From IMG/VR virus record IMGVR_UViG_3300040971_000117, positions 1 to 34,636 of that record: DNA of 34,636 nt. One strand, written 5' to 3'. The stretch is from a virus (Duplodnaviria > Caudoviricetes). The stretch's first letter is position 1, and the number at the start of each line of letters is the position of its first letter. This document shows positions 27,009-34,636 of this stretch, in pieces. The notes under the pieces were generated by a model. The model was not told the origin of the DNA. It made no database searches and saw only the letters and a program-made list of their open reading frames with translations. A program made the position numbers and the translations under genes.

Positions 27009-28824
27009 ATTTGGTCTCGTAATAGGTGCTTTGCTTGGCGTTATAGGGCTTTTTGGTCTGTTCTTCGTCATTTAAGTTGACTCGCACAGGTCTTTGTATG
27101 CTGCCAGGCTTCAGGAATTCAACGCCCCACCGTTCTGAAAGCGCCTTGACGCGTTCCATATCCCGATTCATATCCAGATACATCGTGCCTTTGTAATCTG
27201 GCAAGCCATCCGTGGCCCGGTGGCTGCGCAGCTGCAGGAACTTATCCATGATTGAAGACACCTTGCGGCTCGTTGTGCGGCCGCTTCCCTTTTTGTGGCT
27301 TTTATCGTCTTCATCGTCATCGTCCTGGTCGCCCATGATCCTGTTTTGCTCATCGATGATCATGTTCGTGGCCCACGCGATATCCTTGAGGTAGATTCGG
27401 TTTAATTCATTCTCGTTATTGCTCACCGGTCCCCACGCCCAGGCCCGCAGCAGGCCCTCCATCACTCTGGCGGTCATGGTAGCATAGCGGGATGTCTTTT
27501 CCCGTTCGTTGTACTCGCGCATGAACATCTTGATCTGCTCTTTGACATCCGGATCGCTGATGATCGTCATCAGCGGCGCAGTCACCTGCGAGAGCCTGGC
27601 TTCGAGGCTGAAATCGATGTTGGTTTCATCAATCTCGATCCGCTCCTGGGCATGAAAAAGTCGGTAGGTTGTCCACAGGTTTCTGATCTCGGTGCAGATG
27701 TCGCCATAGTTTGCTGGCAAGTTGCGCGGGATGTCTTTGCGCGGCGCCATCGGTACCATCTCCATCGTTAAACAGCGCGATTCAATCGCCCGATCGTCGA
27801 AGCTCTTACGTGTGGCGATCACTTTAGGACCGTAAACGTTGTACATCTCGATCTCCATCCCGCCATCGGAGGTTTTCTTCATCTTCGAGATGCCTTCGTC
27901 CTTCTCGGTGCCGCCGTTCAAGATTTTGGCGATGATGCTGGCTTCATCGCTCATCCCGAAGTCAGCTTCGTTCAAAACAAGGGTCCCTTTGTAGGTATCC
28001 AGGAAGTGATACAGGCTGGCTGCCGAAGAGCCGCCCGTCACATAGATCGGCCGGTAGCACAACATGCCCACCGCTTTCAAAAAGCGGGTTTTGCCGGTCC
28101 CATAGTCACCCAGGGCGCGCAGATAGCTGGTTTCCATGAATGCATCTGCGAAATACGAGAAGAACACAAACTGTGGCGTCACTTCCTCGAAGAAATCGTT
28201 GTTGCCAAAGTCAAAATACTTGCGGATATGAGATTTCGTAATCGCCAGCAGCTCACGCTCGCTCAGCGGCTTATCATAGATTTCTGATGGCATGCGCACC
28301 CCGTTTTTCATCAGGATGCTGTTCGGCCAAATCGGCGCATACGGATGACCCTCGATCACGATCTCGGTCACGTGCGGGTCCACTTTCCCGTCTGGGTATC
28401 GCACCGCAAACCAGGTTTCGATCTTGATCGGATCGAAAACCAATTCCAACAGATGCCCCGATAACCAGCCGCCGGTGATTCGGGTTGGTTCTGGCTTGTA
28501 AGTTGCTTTACCCTCAGACTTCTCACCGGCCTTGAGCATGCCCCGCAGATCTGCCAGCGTAGACTTGGCTTTTTTGGCGATCGTGCGGATGTAAAACTCA
28601 CGGTCCTTTTCTTCCATCTCGCGCATGATGTCCAGCAAACGGGCAATGCCAAGCCGCCGGTCATCTTCATCCATCTCGCCAATTGATTCTGCCACATGGA
28701 TGACAAGCGGCTTTGCTCCGCTGAGCATGGCCTGCACTAGGGCGCGCTGATCATCGAGCGCAACGCCTTCGCTTCCCCATTCCTGCAGCAGCTGATTCGC
28801 GTCTTTTTTCCCTTCATCACTCAT
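27007..28824 (-). CDS. Primase-associated P-loop NTPase (replicative helicase-like)
   Basis: GDYGTGKT Walker A, TLVLNEAD Walker B, ILNGG, GPKVIAT and IESRC motifs; possible winged-helix C-terminus. Confidence 0.8.
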   Translation of the reverse strand: MSDEGKKDANQLLQEWGSEGVALDDQRALVQAMLSGAKPLVIHVAESIGEMDEDDRRLGIARLLDIMREMEEKDREFYIRTIAKKAKSTLADLRGMLKAGEKSEGKATYKPEPTRITGGWLSGHLLELVFDPIKIETWFAVRYPDGKVDPHVTEIVIEGHPYAPIWPNSILMKNGVRMPSEIYDKPLSERELLAITKSHIRKYFDFGNNDFFEEVTPQFVFFSYFADAFMETSYLRALGDYGTGKTRFLKAVGMLCYRPIYVTGGSSAASLYHFLDTYKGTLVLNEADFGMSDEASIIAKILNGGTEKDEGISKMKKTSDGGMEIEMYNVYGPKVIATRKSFDDRAIESRCLTMEMVPMAPRKDIPRNLPANYGDICTEIRNLWTTYRLFHAQERIEIDETNIDFSLEARLSQVTAPLMTIISDPDVKEQIKMFMREYNEREKTSRYATMTARVMEGLLRAWAWGPVSNNENELNRIYLKDIAWATNMIIDEQNRIMGDQDDDDEDDKSHKKGSGRTTSRKVSSIMDKFLQLRSHRATDGLPDYKGTMYLDMNRDMERVKALSERWGVEFLKPGSIQRPVRVNLNDEEQTKKPYNAKQSTYYETK

Positions 28825-29944
28825 TGTCAGCTTCCTTGTCTTTTGCGAATTTTGTATTCAGATCTGACCAGCTCACAAGCCGAACCAGCGGGCTGATCGC
28901 CTGAGCAACCCGTTCGCGTTTCTTGCGCCCAGTTTGGTCATCATCCAGCAGCAGATAAAGCTTTTTATGCCCCTTCAACCGGCTTTTCAGGCTGGCAATT
29001 CCCTCATCCTCGGCATGCACACCACACAGAGCAGCAGCCGGATAGCTCCATGCCGCAAATGTTTCGGCGTCTGCCGGTCCTTCCACAATCACGCATTCTG
29101 GCGAATCGGATCGATAAACGCTGTTGAAGTAGGGCTGCCGGTTGCCAACCAACTTTTCGGGTGGGTTGTAGTTTTTGATTTGCTTCTCATTGCCGTCATC
29201 GTCCTGATAGTGATCAAATCCCGGCAGGTTGCGGCGGCTGAAATAGACCGCCCGACCACCCCAAGAATGAGCATAAACAATCCCTGGCCTGCCCATCATT
29301 CCGCTGATCGATCCCCATTTCAGCCAGTTCTCACCGGTCACATCAACGTTGTATTTCGCGCCCCAGGCAGTCACATCGCCCTTGTAGCCCATCACCGCCA
29401 CTGCAGCAGGAGCAGTCGGGTCAATTTCATACATTCCCAACTGGTCCTGAAGTTCTTTATATTGCGCATCCGTTTTTCGACCACTAAAGCCCATCCCGCT
29501 ATCCAGGATCAGCTTGTCTCCAAATCCACGGCCGCGTAGGTAAGCCAGGGCGGCTTCGTCATCCCATAACCACTTAACAAAAAGCTGATGGGCGATCTCA
29601 AAAACAGACAGCTTTGTTCGATGGGCCTTGAGCGACTTGTCATCCATCTTGACCCATGCTGGCCGCTCCAATCCCGCGCGGTCCGCCAGGAATTCCACAG
29701 CAGTACGAAACTCGTACCCTTTCTCCTTCTCCACCAGGCTGATGACGTCACCGTTCCAGCCCTTCTCAGCCCAAAAGAAGTTTTGCTTATGGACGTTGAT
29801 CACCAGCCCGCCAACGTGTGGCACGCGGCGGTACTTCCCAGCCTCGCGCTCGAAGGTATGCCCCAGGTCTTTAACCACATCTTCAATGGGATTTGCGCGC
29901 TTGATTTCTTCTATGATTTCGTCAAAGTTCTTCATCGTTACCAT
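28817..29944 (-). CDS. DnaG-type DNA primase (degenerate Zn-binding domain plus Toprim)
   Basis: GDVISLV...F..AVEFLA, AYLRGRG, YFSRR, KNYNPPE, IVEGPADA and LDDDQTG motifs. Confidence 0.88.
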   Translation of the reverse strand: MVTMKNFDEIIEEIKRANPIEDVVKDLGHTFEREAGKYRRVPHVGGLVINVHKQNFFWAEKGWNGDVISLVEKEKGYEFRTAVEFLADRAGLERPAWVKMDDKSLKAHRTKLSVFEIAHQLFVKWLWDDEAALAYLRGRGFGDKLILDSGMGFSGRKTDAQYKELQDQLGMYEIDPTAPAAVAVMGYKGDVTAWGAKYNVDVTGENWLKWGSISGMMGRPGIVYAHSWGGRAVYFSRRNLPGFDHYQDDDGNEKQIKNYNPPEKLVGNRQPYFNSVYRSDSPECVIVEGPADAETFAAWSYPAAALCGVHAEDEGIASLKSRLKGHKKLYLLLDDDQTGRKKRERVAQAISPLVRLVSWSDLNTKFAKDKEADNE

Positions 29945-30117
29945 CCGTTTTTCAGAAAATATTGTGGTTTTTCGAGCACGGTCGCCTGCCTGGGGTTTTG
30001 CCTGGCGCGAAACTTTCGCCGCGCACCCCTCCCCCCCCCTTGTCGTTCGCAGTTATGCGACACAAAAGACAGCAGATACGACACAGAAACAAGGCTGATT
30101 AGGCTGCTCAACCTGGC

Positions 30118-30155
30118 ATTCATGTCGCATAACATAAGAGTTATGCGACATGAAT
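30118..30155. other. Perfect 16-bp inverted repeat with 6-bp spacer; candidate tyrosine-recombinase site
   Basis: ATTCATGTCGCATAAC-ATAAGA-GTTATGCGACATGAAT; extra half-site GTTATGCGACA at 30052-30062. Confidence 0.7.
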
Positions 30156-30313
30156 TTCTTGGAGCGAAGCGAGCCAGGCAAGCGTTTTCTGGGCGAGGTG
30201 AGGACGCGCGGCCAAACGCCATGTAAAGAGTGAAATTCGGGATTCTTTCTACTACTGATTTCATAGTCAGCGCGCCATCCATCATCGTCTATAAAAAAAA
30301 TAAAACTGCTTTT

Positions 30314-31192
30314 CTAATACTTCTTTGCCAACTCTTCGAGCTCTGCCTTGTAGGCCAGTTCCTGCGCTTCGATCTTGTCCCAGGTTTCCCAATCGATCAG
30401 ATCGTTGATCTGCTCACGTACCAGGTCAGCCAGAGTAGCAGGCTCTACGGCATCCAATTCCCAGGATGACTCGCCGAATTCGGCCGCGTAGGCTTCGAAA
30501 CGTGAATCACTCTCTTTGGCCGGGTTCTCTGGTGGCCTCCACATCTCGACCTGGTCATAGTTCAGCGCCAGGCGATGCACTTCGAAGTCGAAGCCGCCAT
30601 AAGTGAACTGCTCGAAGCGCTCACGAATATCGCGTGTCATATCGATACCGGATGGGTCATGGTCGCCTAGATATATGATGTGGATCTGTCGACCGTAGCT
30701 TTCCTGGCGAGCAATGCGCTTGGCAGCCGTGTACATTGCGCTGCTGGATGTGTAGCCCTTATTGGCCGTGAATTTGACATCCAAGTCTTGGCACACCGGC
30801 AAAATAATGCCGCTCAGAGCGTCTTTCTCGACGAAGACCTCGACATAGTGCTCTTGACCTACCCAGCGATCCATCCCGAAGGAATAAGCTGCGCTGCGCA
30901 GGATCTCGCGCGGACTGTCCCAGTGCGGGTTGGAATGGGTCTCACGACCACGATCCTCGATCATGCTCCAATCGAGCAGCCCTGCCAGGCGCGCATTGCT
31001 GACGAGATCTCCTGTGCGCTTATAGCTTTTGATGCTGTTTTCGATGTAGTCACGAGCAACGAGCTGGTAGTAGAGCTGGCGCAGGGAAAGCTTGTATCCC
31101 TGGCTTTCGTACTCATTCAAGATGCCGCTGCAGGTTTGGATCAGTTCCAAACTTGTCTTGCTAAACTTGTGATCAACAAACTTTTCTTTCAT
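30314..31192 (-). CDS. Topo VI-A/Spo11/JetD-like Toprim-domain protein
   Basis: LSLRQLYYQLV winged-helix tyrosine motif, VEKDAL, KGYTS, YLGDHDPSG and WELDA. Confidence 0.82.
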   Translation of the reverse strand: MKEKFVDHKFSKTSLELIQTCSGILNEYESQGYKLSLRQLYYQLVARDYIENSIKSYKRTGDLVSNARLAGLLDWSMIEDRGRETHSNPHWDSPREILRSAAYSFGMDRWVGQEHYVEVFVEKDALSGIILPVCQDLDVKFTANKGYTSSSAMYTAAKRIARQESYGRQIHIIYLGDHDPSGIDMTRDIRERFEQFTYGGFDFEVHRLALNYDQVEMWRPPENPAKESDSRFEAYAAEFGESSWELDAVEPATLADLVREQINDLIDWETWDKIEAQELAYKAELEELAKKY

Positions 31193-32397
31193 GACTTTTC
31201 TCCTCGGTCATACAGGGGCAGAATCGCCTGCACATCACCGTTTGAATAGGTTTGCGGAATAAGTATGGTTGCATCTGGGTCATCATCGCTCCATCGTTGC
31301 GGATAGGTTCGGAGCGCGATTAGTTCACGGATGCGGGCCTGCTCGACTGCATTGATAAGGTCAATCTGTGGACGGCCTAAAGCGTCAGCGGATTGATTTA
31401 TTTCGGACTGGACTTTCAAAACTTCACCAAGTGCCCATTCACGCGCGGCCAAAGTAAGCGGGCCTTTGCGGCTTGGATTGCTGGAAAATTCGCCGTTGCC
31501 ATTTCTCTCACCATCCTTTTGCTTTCGGTGGCGGAAACTGCGCAACTCGGTATAGAGCGGGCGCAATCGCTTCAACGGTTGCAGGTATCCCCATTCCTGG
31601 ATGGATAAAACATGGTCGAGAGCAGCGTCTTTTGTGGCAAGCGGGCAACCAATGCAACCGGTTCGGGCGTTGATTTCCTGCGCTTCATCTCCGCCATAAA
31701 CCTGAGCGACAAAGGAAACTGACGGTGCAATAGATGGGGCTTCGAACATCAACCAATCCCAAATGTGACAAACGCGCCAGTGGAGCAGGGGAGCGAGCGT
31801 ATCGGCTACGCTGGCCGGGGTTGTCTCCTGAAACCAACCCTGACCACACTCTGCGCCGTTCTTTCCACAAGATAGTGCAATGCGAGCGTCACGAACGGCA
31901 CTTTCACCAATGCGCACGCCCGTAAGCATCAAGAACTTTTCGCCGTGTTCGTCTCTCAACTGGCGCAAGGCATCAACCATTGGCTCAACCTTCAGCTGTG
32001 GGGTACACCAGCGCAGGGTATTGTTATTTGGCGGCGGCACGCCCCTTCCAAGCATATAAACAAAATATCGGTCATCCATTTTGGGTTGCACAATCTTGGC
32101 TGCATAACCACGATGACGAATAGTTTCGAGCGTTTTCATTGCACCGATTTGCAAGGGTGGGATTTCCTGGCGTGTGTCGCTGTACAAAACCGTGAGAGAT
32201 TCGGGCCGTGATATTTTGCCGTTATCAATCAGCCACAAAACAACGGTCAGCAATGCCGAAGAGTCTTTTCCTCCACTATAGGCAATCGCCCAATGCCTGT
32301 ACTCACTTGCGTAAGCTGTTAGGGATTGCGCAGTGAGTTCAAGACTATCTTGCAGACTTGTGCGCTGGTTCTCAAAAAGACTTTGCTGCCTATTCAT
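31189..32397 (-). CDS. PAPS-reductase-family protein, DndC-like
   Basis: AYSGGKDS PP-loop, SDTRQE, GRGVPPP...RWCTPQLKVEP, GVRIGES..R and RTGCIGC; start MNRQQ after a GAGGTG RBS. Confidence 0.88.
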   Translation of the reverse strand: MNRQQSLFENQRTSLQDSLELTAQSLTAYASEYRHWAIAYSGGKDSSALLTVVLWLIDNGKISRPESLTVLYSDTRQEIPPLQIGAMKTLETIRHRGYAAKIVQPKMDDRYFVYMLGRGVPPPNNNTLRWCTPQLKVEPMVDALRQLRDEHGEKFLMLTGVRIGESAVRDARIALSCGKNGAECGQGWFQETTPASVADTLAPLLHWRVCHIWDWLMFEAPSIAPSVSFVAQVYGGDEAQEINARTGCIGCPLATKDAALDHVLSIQEWGYLQPLKRLRPLYTELRSFRHRKQKDGERNGNGEFSSNPSRKGPLTLAAREWALGEVLKVQSEINQSADALGRPQIDLINAVEQARIRELIALRTYPQRWSDDDPDATILIPQTYSNGDVQAILPLYDRGEKS

Positions 32398-32401
32398 ACA
32401 A

Positions 32402-32536
32402 TCACCTCGCCACCAACGCCAGGACAATGCCCAGCCAACCCGCTATCGAAACCACGAGGGCGACCCTAGATGAAATGTTGAGCAACCTGGATGGTTTTAC
32501 ATTCTGCATAAGGTGCTGATTACGCATTTTAGACAT
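32402..32536 (-). CDS. 44-aa single-TM peptide (MSKMRNQ...VVSIAGWLGIVLALVAR)
   Basis: My translation; TGATG overlap with the upstream ORF and a GAGG RBS. Confidence 0.55.
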   Translation of the reverse strand: MSKMRNQHLMQNVKPSRLLNISSRVALVVSIAGWLGIVLALVAR

Positions 32537-32643
32537 CACATTTCCTCTTTCCGGCTAATTCGGCTGGATAAAATAAATGGAGCCAATGCAATCGAAGCCA
32601 CAAATAAGCCAAGAATGCATAACAAACACAGATAGACTTCCAT
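32536..32643 (-). CDS. 35-aa single-TM peptide (MEVYLCLLCILGLFVASIALAPFILSSRISRKEEM)
   Basis: My translation; TAATG overlap with the recombinase stop and GGAGG upstream. Confidence 0.55.
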   Translation of the reverse strand: MEVYLCLLCILGLFVASIALAPFILSSRISRKEEM

Positions 32644-33521
32644 TACAGCCCCTCCACTGCCGCGGCCAAATCTTCCCAACCGTCCTGGGCGTAGCGCTTG
32701 GTAGTGCGGAAAGAAGAGTGCCGGGCCAGGTCCTGCACACGGTGTGCAGGCTGATTTTTTTCGACCAGCAACCGGCGGATGAAGGTGTGGCGCAGGCGGT
32801 GAGCGTGGAAATCATCCACACCGGCGCTGACTGCCAGCTTGTTCAATTCCCTTTCGAGCTGGCGGACCGTGATCCCAAACAGTCGATCGCCATCTGGACG
32901 GATTTCAAGCCAGGAAGAAACGGCTTTGCGGGCTTCATCTCCCAGGGGAATTTCGGCATATTTCTGGCCCTTGCCCGCCCGGATTTTGACCGTGCCCGAT
33001 CGCTCTTTCACCAGCAGCGAAGAAACCGACAAATTCACTACTTCACCCGGCCGAACGCCCGCGTATAGGATCAAAGCGGCCATGGCCCGGTTGCGGATGG
33101 CCTGGGCGCGCTTGATGGGTGTCTGAGCGGCATTGACGGCCACATCCATCTGGCGGCGCAGGCGGCGAAAATCTTCTGCATTCAGCCAGTAAGGCGGGAG
33201 ATCCTGCACTTCAACCGGATCGACGCCCTGCATCGGGTCACCGTCCACCAGGTGCTCATGCTGACACCAGACTGTGAAAACCTTCAGGCTGGCGCGCTTG
33301 CGGTTCCAGGTGGCCGGGCTGAGGTTTTCAACGGTCAACAAGGCTGCGCGATATTCGCGCAAATCCGGAGCGCAAAGTTCTTCAGGGGTGAAATCATGGC
33401 CATTGACCTTGGCAAAGTTGCGAGCATATTGATCGACATCACCGGTATAGGCGCTGATGGTATGTTCTGAGCGGCCCTGGTTGACCAGCCAATCTCGATA
33501 TTCTTCCATCCAGTTGTTCAT
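32643..33521 (-). CDS. XerC/D-like tyrosine recombinase without arm-binding domain
   Basis: SAM-like N-terminus (SEHTISAY, SPATWNRK); complete catalytic set GVR, GKG, HRLRH, ARH and TKRY. Confidence 0.95.
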   Translation of the reverse strand: MNNWMEEYRDWLVNQGRSEHTISAYTGDVDQYARNFAKVNGHDFTPEELCAPDLREYRAALLTVENLSPATWNRKRASLKVFTVWCQHEHLVDGDPMQGVDPVEVQDLPPYWLNAEDFRRLRRQMDVAVNAAQTPIKRAQAIRNRAMAALILYAGVRPGEVVNLSVSSLLVKERSGTVKIRAGKGQKYAEIPLGDEARKAVSSWLEIRPDGDRLFGITVRQLERELNKLAVSAGVDDFHAHRLRHTFIRRLLVEKNQPAHRVQDLARHSSFRTTKRYAQDGWEDLAAAVEGL

Positions 33522-33766
33522 GATTGAGACTCCCTTTGATGCACCTTACAGTTCGGGTTGTCACCTGCAAATTCATAACAGCAGCATTTCACGCTTTCCA
33601 GCTTGGCATTCTGGCCACAGGCGTGGTGGCCGTTGGGGATGTAAAAACCGCCAACGTAACGTCCGCCTTCGCCGCCCTGCTCATGGCACCACTCACACTT
33701 AGTTTTAGGCGCCTGCTGGCGGGCAAGGGATGAAAACAGGGATGCTGCTCCGCTTGGGTAGTCCAT
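33518..33766 (-). CDS. Small Cys/His-rich protein
   Basis: CEWC, HAC and CCC...NPNCKVH; GGAGG RBS; coupled to the recombinase. Confidence 0.6.
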   Translation of the reverse strand: MDYPSGAASLFSSLARQQAPKTKCEWCHEQGGEGGRYVGGFYIPNGHHACGQNAKLESVKCCCYEFAGDNPNCKVHQRESQS

Positions 33767-33768
33767 AA

Positions 33769-34287
33769 TTAGCCCTCCTTCTGAATGTTGCGAATTTGTT
33801 CAATCGTCAGGCGCATGTTGCTACATTCGTTTTGCGCCAGTGCGATCAATCTGATCAATTCGGCCTGGTCGCGCTTCTTCAGGGCATCCAGCAAATATTG
33901 GCTGGATTGCTCGACAGACATTGCGCAGGAATCTACCAACCCGTTGATTTTGTAAGTTGCGCGCTTGATGCGCGGTTTGGCTTCGCTTGGTTTGGCCGCG
34001 CGTTTGATGCCGCGTTGGTAGTCGCCAATGGCCATGAACAGGCCGGTGCAGGCGAACACGATCAAGCCCAGCAGCCCGGCTTTCCACGAGAACATGGAAA
34101 TCAGCCCCAGGGAGACAAGCACCCCGCCAATCACATACAACGATCGGTTGCCCTTGGTATCTCCCTCCACAATGCGGTTGTACCAATAGCTGAAAACCAG
34201 TGCGCCGATCACCGCCCCGACAACCAGGGCGGGAAAAACGTGCATTTTCGAAGCAAATTCGTTCAAAAAGTCGCCCAAATTCACCAT
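33769..34287 (-). CDS. Three-TM membrane protein with helical C-terminal domain
   Basis: Start more likely MVNLGDF (34287) after AAGGA; three hydrophobic segments. Confidence 0.65.
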   Translation of the reverse strand: MVNLGDFLNEFASKMHVFPALVVGAVIGALVFSYWYNRIVEGDTKGNRSLYVIGGVLVSLGLISMFSWKAGLLGLIVFACTGLFMAIGDYQRGIKRAAKPSEAKPRIKRATYKINGLVDSCAMSVEQSSQYLLDALKKRDQAELIRLIALAQNECSNMRLTIEQIRNIQKEG

Positions 34288-34444
34288 AAGGACATTCCTT
34301 TTGCTATGCTGGAACCAGATCTGATATTTCGAGAGCAACCGGCACCGGCGTCAGGTCTTCGCGCTCAAATCCATGCTGGTAGCGCTCGATGAGCCCTTTC
34401 GTGGCAAAAAATTAGAGCGAAGGGTACAACGCTCTTGGGCTATG

Positions 34445-34473
34445 ATTTTACCAAAGGGTTGGCGGCGCGTCAA
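34445..34473 (-). promoter_or_regulatory. Sigma70-type promoter pointing into the phage operon
   Basis: TTGACG-17nt-TAAAAT with extended -10 TG. Confidence 0.65.
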
Positions 34474-34580
34474 TCACCGCTTTTCGCGCCCGTTCGCCGA
34501 CATCCCATCCTTTTTGCAATTGAAAACCAGCCAGTTTTTGGTACACTTGTATAAAAGGCTTGCAAAGAATGGAGAAAAAA

Positions 34581-34636
34581 ATGGACGACCGCAGAAAAAT
34601 CCCTCGCAAGTATCTGATGGTCTATTCGCGCGTCTT
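34581..34636 (+). CDS. Partial probable host PilZ-domain protein (MDDRRKIPRKYLMVYSRV...)
   Basis: GGAG RBS; N-terminal RxxxR c-di-GMP motif; possible promoter TTGAAA-16nt-TACACT at 34520-34547. Only 18 codons are visible. Confidence 0.65.
   Translation, partial: MDDRRKIPRKYLMVYSRV

Larger units (their letters stand above)
1..34400 (-). mobile_element. Prophage / temperate tailed phage region (replication, accessory, packaging, head and tail modules); continues past the left edge
   Basis: About 40 tightly packed co-oriented ORFs including terminase, portal, capsid, tape measure and primase/helicase. The right boundary is approximate. Confidence 0.95.

Noticed and set aside
30118-30155. Protelomerase telRL site
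   Set aside because: It has an asymmetric 6-bp centre, and the nearby recombinase is Xer-like rather than TelN-like
29938-30285. 115-aa ORF between the Toprim gene and primase
   Set aside because: It runs through the inverted repeat and G-tract with atypical composition; more likely non-coding cis DNA
31189-32397. cysH auxiliary metabolic gene or complete dnd operon
   Set aside because: Motifs are DndC-like rather than CysH-like and the other dnd genes are absent, so no symbol was assigned
166-34392. Numerous plus-strand ORFs of 60-250 aa
   Set aside because: They are antisense shadows of well-supported minus-strand genes with no recognisable motifs

Overview
Almost the whole window (about 1-34400) is one co-oriented, minus-strand segment of a temperate tailed phage or prophage, probably siphovirus-like. 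The host is inferred to be Chloroflexota (Anaerolineae-like), based only on protein style and the flanking gene. Reading right to left: small membrane genes; a XerC-like tyrosine recombinase; a DndC/PAPS-reductase-like protein; a stand-alone Topo VI-A/Spo11-like Toprim protein; a loxP/dif-like inverted repeat; an apparently split primase plus a P-loop helicase; an iteron-like origin; a four-gene FtsK/TraB-plus-membrane module carrying two DNA repeat arrays; ASCH and DUF5131 genes; a late promoter with a leader terminator; holin-like genes; terminase; a protease-scaffold-capsid fusion; a glycosyltransferase/methyltransferase cassette; neck, portal and tail genes. A probable host PilZ gene starts divergently at 34581. 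The most novel-looking feature is a Streptomyces TraB/clt/Spd-like DNA transfer module inside a virion-encoding phage. All calls rest on motif recognition by eye; no searches were run.
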